Assembly (NCBI GenBank): GCA_018238625.1
Contig: JABCSY010000102.1
Coordinates: forward strand, 1 to 14,328
Length of the DNA: 14,328 nt
Source of the DNA: Promethearchaeota archaeon
GTDB taxonomy: Archaea; Asgardarchaeota; Lokiarchaeia; Sigyniarchaeales; SOKP01
Direction of reading: 5' to 3'
Below the pieces are notes generated by a model, which was not told where the DNA came from, did no database searches, and saw nothing but the letters and a program-made list of their open reading frames with translations. Of this stretch, positions 1 through 7,491 are shown piece after piece. Position numbers and translations under genes: made by a program. Position 1 is the first letter of the stretch; the number at the start of each line of letters is the position of its first letter.

Positions 1-1
1 T

Positions 2-664
2 ACCGGACAATTAGGGAGTAAAGATAATTAAGGTAGATTTCAAAAAACAAGAAACATTGAAGAATGTAAGAAATCCTTCTTAAAAATGTTATCTACTTTA
101 GAAATTGATTATGTAGACATTCTTAATATACAATTTGTTACGCTGAAAGATTTACCTAAGATATTTAATACGGGAGGTTTATTTGAGTTAGCATTATCGT
201 TTCAAAAAGAAGGAAAAGCTAAATTTATTGGACTTAGCACTCATAACGTATCAATTGCCATACAAGCTGCGAATAGTGGAAAATTTGATACGATCATGTT
301 TCCAATTAATTTAGTAAATCATAAATTATCTGGTAGGGATGAACTATTAACAACATGTTTGAAGAAAAGAATTGGCTTAATAGCAATAAAACCTTTTGCT
401 GGTGGAAAGCTATTAATGCGTAATCGAACAGTATATATCGCAAAGTATCAAACAGGAGGAATTAAGTTCAAAAAAAAGATTCCTCGAGATATAACACCGA
501 TGAAATGTATAAATTACGTAAATTCCCTTCCTGGAGTCTCAGTTGTTCTTACAGGAGTAAAAAGTGTTGAAGAATTAAATGAAAATCTCAAATATTTAAC
601 TCAGCAAGAAAAGAATCAAGATATTTCATCGTTAATAGAATTTTTCAAGAATGATACAGATTAA
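2..664 (+). pseudogene. Aldo/keto reductase-like oxidoreductase, 5'-truncated by the window edge, with in-frame TAA at 29-31 (possible pseudogene or sequence error)
   Basis: ORF 86..664 has AKR-like motifs DYVDIL, GKAKFIGLSTH, MFPINL, GLIAIKPFAGGKL and VVLTGVKSVEEL. The same frame upstream reads TGQLGSKDN*GRFQKTRNIEECKKSFLKM, which resembles continued AKR sequence, so ATG 86 is probably internal. Confidence 0.65.
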
Positions 665-2628
665 ATTGATTTGTGCCAGATTTGCATTTTGTCTGGCCCC
701 CTATTACTCCACGCAAAATAGGGTATTGCTGTGAATATCTCGTTGTTTGAATTTTTTCCGGTAATGATATTAATTCCTCCTAATAGTTCTGGTTTATATT
801 TAACAATAAATTCTTGATTTCTTGGGATAATAGTCTTAAAAATATCGAACTTTTTATTATCTTTCTGTTCTAGACAATAGATTAAAGGACCGTAAGATAT
901 TGCCTCTCGACCTCTATTATCCTTGATTCTTGGGTCGCTTTCAATTAAATTTGGTTTCATTTTAAAAGTAAGCAAGATAATATCGTTATCTAACCAATTT
1001 CTTAATATTTCCACATATTTCCCTTTAGAGAGCCCATCAGAGTGTTTTATACCATTAACTTTTAGCTCGGCGTCGATGCTCCAATTTGGAATTCTAAGGA
1101 ATATCGAAAATTTTTGACTTTTACTTAAATTAAGGTGAATCTCTACCTTCCCTTTCCACGGAAAAAGACTTTTTTGGCTGATTTTAATTAAATTTGAGCG
1201 GAAGTTAATATTAGTCGTATTGCCAATGTATTGATGAATCCAAATGCCTTTTTCTGATGTACTATAGATATATTGCCCTAAAGATGCAATTGTACGAGCA
1301 ATATTAGGGGGGCAGCACGCGCAAAGAAACCATTCTTTTCTTTCATCTTTACCATGCGAAATTAAAGGGTTGTCGTATGTGTATTTTTTACCATCTATAG
1401 ATTGTCCCACTAACATCGCGTTGTATAACAGTTTCTCGATTAAATCTGCATATTTACAATTACCCGTTATTTGAAGCATCCTCCAATTCCACATCAAGTT
1501 TCCAATAGCTGCACATGTTTCCGAGTAAGAATTTCTATTTCCTAAGGCAAAATCTTTTCCAAAACCTTCGATACTTCTTTCTGAACCAATTCCTCCCGTA
1601 ACATACATTCTTGCCTTATACATCTTTAACCAAATTCTTCTGAGAGATTTCAATAAGGCGTCATCACCCGTCTCAGAATAGAGATCCGCCATACCACAAT
1701 AAAGATACATCGCTCTTACGGCATGCCCAACAGGCTCAAATATGCTTCTAACTGGTTTGTTGGATTGAATGAAATTACCGTTAAAATTTTCGCGGATTAA
1801 TCTTATAAAATGCTTTATGGTAAGTCCCGATACAAATTCGGCTACTTCACTTTGTACACTCGAAATATCTTTTCCTTTAACTTCTTTTTCGTATTCTAGA
1901 TTTTTTTTCTTAGCTAATTTTGTAATATATCCCATATTTAGATATTGGTTTATAACGTATGTTTTAAAATTGGAGATTTTTCCCCTTCGATTAATGAATT
2001 CTTCAGCGAGCTCCAAGTAACTAGGTTTATTTGTTAATCTATACAATTCAATTAGAGCTAATTCGATCTCTTCGTGCCCTGGAACCCCTTTCCTTTTCCC
2101 TCCTAAAAAGGTTTTTACGAGCAAATCAGCAAATTTAATAGCTACATTTAGTAGCGTTTCTTTTCCTGTTGCAATATTATGGGCTACCGCAGCTTGAATT
2201 AAATGACCTGCACAATAAAGTTCATGCATAATATAAAGATTTGTGAACCTCTCTTGAAGAAATCTCGTCGAATAGAATGTGTTCACGTACCCGTCTTCAC
2301 TTTGACTTTTGTCTATTAAATCAACGATTTCATTCGCCTTTAATTCCAAGTCGGGATCGCTGTGTGTGTGTAAAATATAACTCGTTGCTTCCAACCATTT
2401 ATATAAATCTGAATCGTAGTAAAACTCACCTATTTGAACTCCTTTTTTAACGCCTCCAGCAACTCTAAAATTGTCAATGTGGTGATCTTGCTCCAGTTTT
2501 TCGTGCTGTAAGTGAATTGACACGTCTCTATTGATCTGTTGCCTTTTTGCCCAAAAATCATCGTTAATTTGAACTTTATAGAATGGAACGTAAGAAAGTT
2601 TGTTATGGGGGCGTTTTATTAAGTCCAT
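661..2628 (-). CDS. Glycoside hydrolase family 127 (beta-L-arabinofuranosidase-like, HypBA1/DUF1680)
   Basis: Motifs DSDLYKWLEA, HELYCAGHL, GHEEIELAL, GHAVRAMYLY, YSETCAAIG and WFLCACCPPN. The Glu/Cys zinc ligands and Cys nucleophile region typical of GH127 are present. Confidence 0.93.
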   Translation of the reverse strand: MDLIKRPHNKLSYVPFYKVQINDDFWAKRQQINRDVSIHLQHEKLEQDHHIDNFRVAGGVKKGVQIGEFYYDSDLYKWLEATSYILHTHSDPDLELKANEIVDLIDKSQSEDGYVNTFYSTRFLQERFTNLYIMHELYCAGHLIQAAVAHNIATGKETLLNVAIKFADLLVKTFLGGKRKGVPGHEEIELALIELYRLTNKPSYLELAEEFINRRGKISNFKTYVINQYLNMGYITKLAKKKNLEYEKEVKGKDISSVQSEVAEFVSGLTIKHFIRLIRENFNGNFIQSNKPVRSIFEPVGHAVRAMYLYCGMADLYSETGDDALLKSLRRIWLKMYKARMYVTGGIGSERSIEGFGKDFALGNRNSYSETCAAIGNLMWNWRMLQITGNCKYADLIEKLLYNAMLVGQSIDGKKYTYDNPLISHGKDERKEWFLCACCPPNIARTIASLGQYIYSTSEKGIWIHQYIGNTTNINFRSNLIKISQKSLFPWKGKVEIHLNLSKSQKFSIFLRIPNWSIDAELKVNGIKHSDGLSKGKYVEILRNWLDNDIILLTFKMKPNLIESDPRIKDNRGREAISYGPLIYCLEQKDNKKFDIFKTIIPRNQEFIVKYKPELLGGINIITGKNSNNEIFTAIPYFAWSNRGPDKMQIWHKSI

Positions 2629-2658
2629 ACAACTAAAAATTAAACATTAATAATTTAA

Positions 2659-4092
2659 TTATTTATTATTCTTTGAACTAGATAGCTTTTCTTTTAAACG
2701 ATCAATTTTTTCTATATGTAAAATACTTACTTGTCGTTTCATCTCTTTATATTCTTTGCTAGCACCATCAAGCGGATAATACCACAACGAAACTAATCCA
2801 ACCACAATAAAGATTGCTGGAATTAGCCCAATCAACAACTTTATTCCAATTATTGCGCTTATTGGCTGAGTTTCACCTACTCCTAAATTTTGATTAAAAT
2901 TAGTAAAAACGAATATATATCCTGAAATCATCGCGGAAACCGATTGAGCAGGTTTAGTAACAAGTGCGTTAATCCCAAAAAAGGCGCCTTCTCTTCTCTG
3001 ATCCGTGTCTAATTCGTCTTTGTCAATTATATCGGCTAATAACGTGAAAACCAATAATGTTTGACCTGAATAACCAAATCCAATTATCATAAAAGAAATG
3101 TTAGCGAAAAGTGCGTCGTTCGAAAAAGTAACTAATATAAAACCAAAAACTACTATTATCGAAAGATAAAACAACGCTCTTTTATTTCCTTTCTTTTTGT
3201 TTAGATATAAGCCTACGGGGTATCCAAAAATAGAAAATATTATAAACATTAGTAAAGGAGTCGAACCAAGTATGTTGTCGCTTGACACGCCCAGTACGTC
3301 AGCCATATAGAACGGCAAATTCGATTGAATCGCAAATACTACGTAAGTCATCATGAAATTAAATATAACGAAAGTTAAAAATGCCTTATTCTTAAGCGTT
3401 GTTTTAGTACAATACCATATACTTAGTTTCTCTGATTTTTCTGGCCAAAATTCAGGACGCTCCTTAATACCAAATGCTGTAAATGCTAAAAGAATCGCTC
3501 CAAATAAAGCAAGAATCAATACGATGTTATAGAAGGCCGGCAAATTTTGAGAAAAAGGAACGACATCTAAATCAATAAATAATATAGGAAGGAGGTAAGT
3601 AATAGAAATCCCAAAACCAGAACCCACGCCCGCAAATAAATTTAGTTTAGCGCGCTCGTTTGAGTCGATCGTTAACTCTGCCATAAGCGAATTAAAGTTC
3701 AAACCAATTATCGTGAAAAAACTATCGTATATAATTAATGTAGTTAGTAACCAGACGAAATAAACCCATTGCTCGCTAACCGCGGGAGTAGCATAGAGTA
3801 AAATGAAGCTTAACGATAGCAAAGGACCACCAACCATTAAATACGGCATTCTCCTTCCATATTTAGTGTGGGTTCTATCGGACAACAGCCCAAAAAGGGG
3901 GTCGTTAACGGCGTTCCATATCAAATAGACAAGCCAAGAAAAAGCCCATAACAAAGGGTCTAAACCGATCATTTTGATGTAAAATATTAGCGTCCACGCC
4001 GCAAATAGTCCCGTTGTTAAATTAATCCCAAACGACCCTAGACCGTAAAAAGTCTTTGTTTTTAGAGAGAGTTTATTATATTCGAATCCCAT
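2659..4092 (-). CDS. MFS transporter, glycoside-pentoside-hexuronide (MelB-like) family
   Basis: About 12 hydrophobic segments. Motifs WNAVNDPLFGLLSDRTHTKYGRRMPY and LADIIDKDELDTDQRREGAFFG. Ends 30 bp upstream of the GH127 start on the same strand, so probably an operon. Confidence 0.92.
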   Translation of the reverse strand: MGFEYNKLSLKTKTFYGLGSFGINLTTGLFAAWTLIFYIKMIGLDPLLWAFSWLVYLIWNAVNDPLFGLLSDRTHTKYGRRMPYLMVGGPLLSLSFILLYATPAVSEQWVYFVWLLTTLIIYDSFFTIIGLNFNSLMAELTIDSNERAKLNLFAGVGSGFGISITYLLPILFIDLDVVPFSQNLPAFYNIVLILALFGAILLAFTAFGIKERPEFWPEKSEKLSIWYCTKTTLKNKAFLTFVIFNFMMTYVVFAIQSNLPFYMADVLGVSSDNILGSTPLLMFIIFSIFGYPVGLYLNKKKGNKRALFYLSIIVVFGFILVTFSNDALFANISFMIIGFGYSGQTLLVFTLLADIIDKDELDTDQRREGAFFGINALVTKPAQSVSAMISGYIFVFTNFNQNLGVGETQPISAIIGIKLLIGLIPAIFIVVGLVSLWYYPLDGASKEYKEMKRQVSILHIEKIDRLKEKLSSSKNNK

Positions 4093-4161
4093 TTTTCAAA
4101 CAACTCTATTATAAAATATACTATATAGAATTATAAACAGAAATTAAAATATATTCCATTT

Positions 4162-4269
4162 CTATTGAAAAAAAGATGTCGATTTTACAAAATAAACAGA
4201 AAAAAATTCTCTGTAGAATACAATAGTTAAAATTAACGCTATAGATGCTATTGCTAATTGTATTAATAT
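4162..4269 (-). pseudogene. Degenerate partial duplicate of the adjacent membrane-protein gene
   Basis: Minus strand from 4269 reads ILIQLAIASIALILTIVFYREFFSV, versus ILIQLVTASIASILIIMFYKGINFTEFFSM inside 4263..4757. The DNA direct repeat is approximately 4214-4269 versus 4417-4472. Confidence 0.65.
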
Positions 4270-4757
4270 TTTCCTCTTTCAGTCGGATCTCTGAAAGTTT
4301 GCCGTTCGGGAATATCAAAACGATAGTAATAAAAACAAAATGCGAAAAATAAGAGAGAAAAGAGAAATGCAAACAAAGAAAACATTGAAAAGAATTCCGT
4401 GAAGTTAATACCTTTATAGAACATAATTATTAAAATTGACGCTATAGATGCAGTTACTAATTGTATTAATATGCTCTTTGTAAATTTCGAGGGTTTTATC
4501 CATCGCCTATTCTTAAATAGATTTACTAGTGAAATAGAAATGCCTCTACTTGGAAAAAAACCAATAATTAATACAATACCAAGAAAAATATTACCAAAGG
4601 GAGCCCACATAAAGGGTATGTTATAGAGTAGAACTGGATTTATTGAGGAGAAAAATCCAAAAATAATGATTAATACCCAAATTAATAATACACCTGTAGC
4701 TGTAAAATTTAGCCTTTTATCGTAAGGTGCTTTAGTATTACCATTAGAATTATTCAT
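4263..4757 (-). CDS. Hypothetical membrane protein (about 4 TM helices)
   Basis: 164-aa ORF with ATG start and four hydrophobic stretches. No family recognised. Confidence 0.7.
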   Translation of the reverse strand: MNNSNGNTKAPYDKRLNFTATGVLLIWVLIIIFGFFSSINPVLLYNIPFMWAPFGNIFLGIVLIIGFFPSRGISISLVNLFKNRRWIKPSKFTKSILIQLVTASIASILIIMFYKGINFTEFFSMFSLFAFLFSLLFFAFCFYYYRFDIPERQTFRDPTERGKY

Positions 4758-5204
4758 TATCCCATGGTATAAGATCGAAATTTCACCTTTATATAGTTAT
4801 GTCACATATTTCTAATTTTTTTTTTACCTATTTACCATAGTACAGGTAGCAAAATAATGAAAATTAAGAATAAACTTGTACAAACAATTCATTGTGTATC
4901 GTAATTCCAAATTTATAACCATTTAAAATGCTAGTAAACATTCATTTCATGAATTCTTGAAATTTGTTGCCTAAAATCTTTTAGCTACTAAGCAATTTAT
5001 TGTTTCAGCGCTATAAAACTTAATCAAACAATATTAGAATAGATTCCTCAACTAAGTAAACCTCATCAATCGAACTCAATTTTTGATCCTATCTTATGAT
5101 CCGATTTTGCTATTAATTTTTTTTTTTCTTATCAACAATAATTCTTTTTGTCGACCAAAATTGGATGATAAAATCACTCGAATAAACCATGATCAACCAA
5201 CACA

Positions 5205-5212
5205 TTTAAATA
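5205..5212 (+). promoter_or_regulatory. Candidate TATA box for the histone gene
   Basis: TTTAAATA(TAA) about 90 bp upstream of the histone ATG. The region is very AT-rich, so alternative boxes exist. Confidence 0.3.
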
Positions 5213-5284
5213 TAAGTAATCCTAAATTAAATATAATTAACATCATAAAATTATAAAAAAATATTTAAAAAATTAGTAATTAGT

Positions 5285-5289
5285 GGAGG
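5285..5289 (+). promoter_or_regulatory. Shine-Dalgarno site of the histone gene
   Basis: GGAGG 9 nt before ATG 5299, within otherwise almost G-free sequence. Confidence 0.7.
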
Positions 5290-5298
5290 AAAAAAATT

Positions 5299-5505
5299 AT
5301 GGCAGCATTCGCATGGAGTCCTTTAAGGGCTTTAATGAAAAAGGCCGGAGCTGAAATCGTAAGTAGAGCCGCAGTTGATAAATTAATGGATTATTTGGAA
5401 GAATACGCCAAAGAATTAACTGGTTGTGCTTTAAGTATTGCTAAACACTCTGGTCGAAAGAAAGTAACTCAAGGCGACATGAAAATCGCAATTAACTTAA
5501 TTTAA
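5299..5505 (+). CDS. Archaeal histone (HMf-like histone fold, no N-terminal tail)
   Basis: 68 aa. SPLRALMKKAGAEIVS...LEEY...AKHSGRKKVTQGDMKIA aligns by eye with the HMfB pattern APIGRIIKDAGAERVS...ARHAGRKTIKAEDIELA. Confidence 0.95.
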   Translation: MAAFAWSPLRALMKKAGAEIVSRAAVDKLMDYLEEYAKELTGCALSIAKHSGRKKVTQGDMKIAINLI

Positions 5506-5545
5506 AGCGATTTCCTGGAAGCTTGAAAGCTTAGTATTTTCAAAA

Positions 5546-5565
5546 TTCTTTTTTTATTTTTTTTT
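5546..5565 (+). terminator. Oligo-T archaeal terminator candidate after the histone gene
   Basis: TTCTTTTTTTATTTTTTTTT about 40 nt after the stop codon. Confidence 0.55.
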
Positions 5566-5586
5566 AATACTGATATAAAGATTTTA

Positions 5587-5604
5587 TTATGTGTATTCAC
5601 ATAA
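5587..5604. promoter_or_regulatory. Inverted repeat TTATGTG-N4-CACATAA, candidate operator
   Basis: Perfect 7-bp arms, about 70 bp upstream of ORF 5676. Confidence 0.4.
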
Positions 5605-5606
5605 AT

Positions 5607-5641
5607 AATCATCAATCATCAATCATCAATTATCAAACATC
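5607..5641 (+). repeat. Heptamer tandem repeat (AATCATC) x5
   Basis: AATCATC AATCATC AATCATC AATTATC AAACATC: three perfect copies and two with one mismatch each. Confidence 0.85.
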
Positions 5642-5675
5642 AGATTATAATAAAATTATATTTGAGGAATAAAAA

Positions 5676-5990
5676 ATGAGATATGATTTAAATCGAAAAG
5701 ATGGAATTCTAGGCTTATTTTTCTTAGGTGTTGCTTTTGCTTGCTATCCGGCTTATTTAGTTTTTACTCTTGAGGGTGGTCTTGGAAATCTTGAATCAGC
5801 ATTAGCTTTTGCAATAGTTGGTGGTATTTCTCTTGCTCTTGGATTTGTGATGCTAATTCTTAATGCGAAAGCAGTAAAATCTGGGGAAAACAAGGAAAAG
5901 CCAGATCCCCATGTAGATATGCTTGTTCAAGTATTACTTATGCTTACACTTTTGATATTAGTAATATCGATGATTGTAGCAAATATTTAA
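5676..5990 (+). CDS. Small hypothetical membrane protein (3 TM helices)
   Basis: 104 aa with three hydrophobic segments. GAGG ribosome-binding site at 5664-5667 and a T-tract at 6022-6044 downstream. Confidence 0.8.
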   Translation: MRYDLNRKDGILGLFFLGVAFACYPAYLVFTLEGGLGNLESALAFAIVGGISLALGFVMLILNAKAVKSGENKEKPDPHVDMLVQVLLMLTLLILVISMIVANI

Positions 5991-6169
5991 GAAAATAATA
6001 ATTGAACTAATTGAAATACTCTTTTTACTTTTTTATTTTTATTTAATCGTCAACCATCCTTCTCTATCCATTTAATCTTAATAAGTATAATAAATCCAAT
6101 TTTGGCTCAAAATGTCTCAAAGAGATAATAAATATAAATAAGTAAAAATATTATTATATTAGAAAAACA

Positions 6170-6187
6170 TTGTATACTAGTATACAA
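6170..6187. promoter_or_regulatory. Perfect 18-bp palindrome TTGTATACTAGTATACAA, probable toxin-antitoxin autoregulatory operator
   Basis: Exactly self-complementary and 13 bp before the antitoxin ORF. An extra half-site-like GATACAA follows at 6189-6195. Confidence 0.7.
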
Positions 6188-6200
6188 AGATACAAAAAAG

Positions 6201-6485
6201 GTGATTTTCATAAGTACCGTCCGGATTGATAAAAAACATTTAAAATTGTTGGATAAATTGGTTTCTCATTTAACTTTACGAGGAAATAAAATAAGCAAGA
6301 AGGGTATAGTAGCAAAGCTAATTGAGGATGCAATGATAGCTGAAGGTCTTGAAGAAAATGAGGTTCCAGGTTCAATAACCGATGATCACGCATGGAAAGG
6401 ATTGAAAGATGTTTTTGAGTTAGGTATTGAAGATTTATCGGAAAAAGTCGACGAAGTTTTATATCAACTGAATGGGGAAGAATAA
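6201..6485 (+). CDS. Putative VapB-like antitoxin (ribbon-helix-helix-like N-terminus, acidic C-terminus)
   Basis: STVRID strand followed by predicted helices. Acidic tail (ELGIEDLSEKVDEVLY). The stop lies 1 bp before the likely toxin ATG. The start codon is uncertain. Confidence 0.7.
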   Translation: MIFISTVRIDKKHLKLLDKLVSHLTLRGNKISKKGIVAKLIEDAMIAEGLEENEVPGSITDDHAWKGLKDVFELGIEDLSEKVDEVLYQLNGEE

Positions 6486-6486
6486 T

Positions 6487-6897
6487 ATGGCTGTTTTTTT
6501 AGATACAGGATTTATATTAGCAGTTAAGAATAAGGACGATAAAAATTTCCAAATTGCCCAATCTTGGATGAGGAGGTTTCTAAAAAATGAATTCGGGGAG
6601 ATATATACATCTACATTAGTGTTTAATGAATTGGTGACCTTAGCATTGGTAAGAATAAAGCGTCCTGATTTTGCGATAAATCTGGGAAATTATATTTTGA
6701 AGAGTAGAAAGATAAAGATGATTAGTTTTACTGATGATGATTTTAAGAATTCTTGGGAGATCTTTCAAAAATATAAGGAAAAAAGATTATCTTTTACCGA
6801 TAGCTCCATTTTAACTCATTGTAAACGTTTAAACTGCAATTTTTTAGCTACCTTTGATAAGCACTTTAAAGGTTTAATACCCTCAAATTTAAGTTGA
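6487..6897 (+). CDS. vapC: PIN-domain VapC-family ribonuclease toxin
   Basis: Acidic PIN residues in VFLDTG, VFNEL, SFTDSS and ATFDKHF. ATG 6487 (MAVFLDT) is preferred over 6472 because it directly follows the antitoxin stop. Confidence 0.9.
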   Translation: MAVFLDTGFILAVKNKDDKNFQIAQSWMRRFLKNEFGEIYTSTLVFNELVTLALVRIKRPDFAINLGNYILKSRKIKMISFTDDDFKNSWEIFQKYKEKRLSFTDSSILTHCKRLNCNFLATFDKHFKGLIPSNLS

Positions 6898-6900
6898 TCG

Positions 6901-7362
6901 TTATATTATTACTTCCTTTTTTTCCAGTCTTTTTTCTGCGTAAAAGAACCGACCAGACCCCATGATATCAACGTGTCTAAAGTAAATTTCGTTAAATTCA
7001 ATTTTTTGAGATTTGATTCCTTCTTGTACCTTAACTTTTTCAAATTCTTCTCTGGAATGTGAATTGACGATTTTTTCAATCATTTTGCCTAGTTCGGAAG
7101 CTATTAGTTCTTCTTCAGAAGGATAATATTGGTTAAAATCTGCTCCAATTGCGATGCTTCCTTTCCGAGTTCCACCAGGGTTTTTAATAGCTTTCTTAAC
7201 GTATTTTTTTAAGTATTTTACAATCCTTTTCAAATTTCCAGAGCTCGGCTCTCCAACTTCTGCAAGGATGTCGTAGACTTTACTTGCTCCCCTCAAATAA
7301 TCTTCAATTGTATCTTGAGTTATTTTTGGTTCGTAATCTGGAAATAAATTTTTTTCACTCAT
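6901..7362 (-). CDS. Hypothetical soluble protein
   Basis: 153-aa ORF with protein-like composition that fills the gap between vapC and the GTPase. No family recognised. Confidence 0.75.
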   Translation of the reverse strand: MSEKNLFPDYEPKITQDTIEDYLRGASKVYDILAEVGEPSSGNLKRIVKYLKKYVKKAIKNPGGTRKGSIAIGADFNQYYPSEEELIASELGKMIEKIVNSHSREEFEKVKVQEGIKSQKIEFNEIYFRHVDIMGSGRFFYAEKRLEKKEVII

Positions 7363-7491
7363 ATTAGCTTATATTTCAAATCCAAAATAAATATTTTTTT
7401 AATTTAGGATATAAAGATTTAATACCGATTGTAATGTTTATTTCTAGAAAGTACAAATTTTTATTACACTTTATTAAGCAGTTGAAGTTTA

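Noticed and set aside
923-2020. Plus-strand ORFs 923..1117 and 1769..2020
   Set aside because: Antisense shadows within GH127.
4121-4372. 83-aa minus-strand ORF
   Set aside because: Overlaps 4263..4757 in another frame and is not the frame carrying the duplicated peptide.
5676-7362. Mobile element carrying the toxin-antitoxin module
   Set aside because: No transposase, integrase, tRNA, terminal inverted repeats or target duplication were found.
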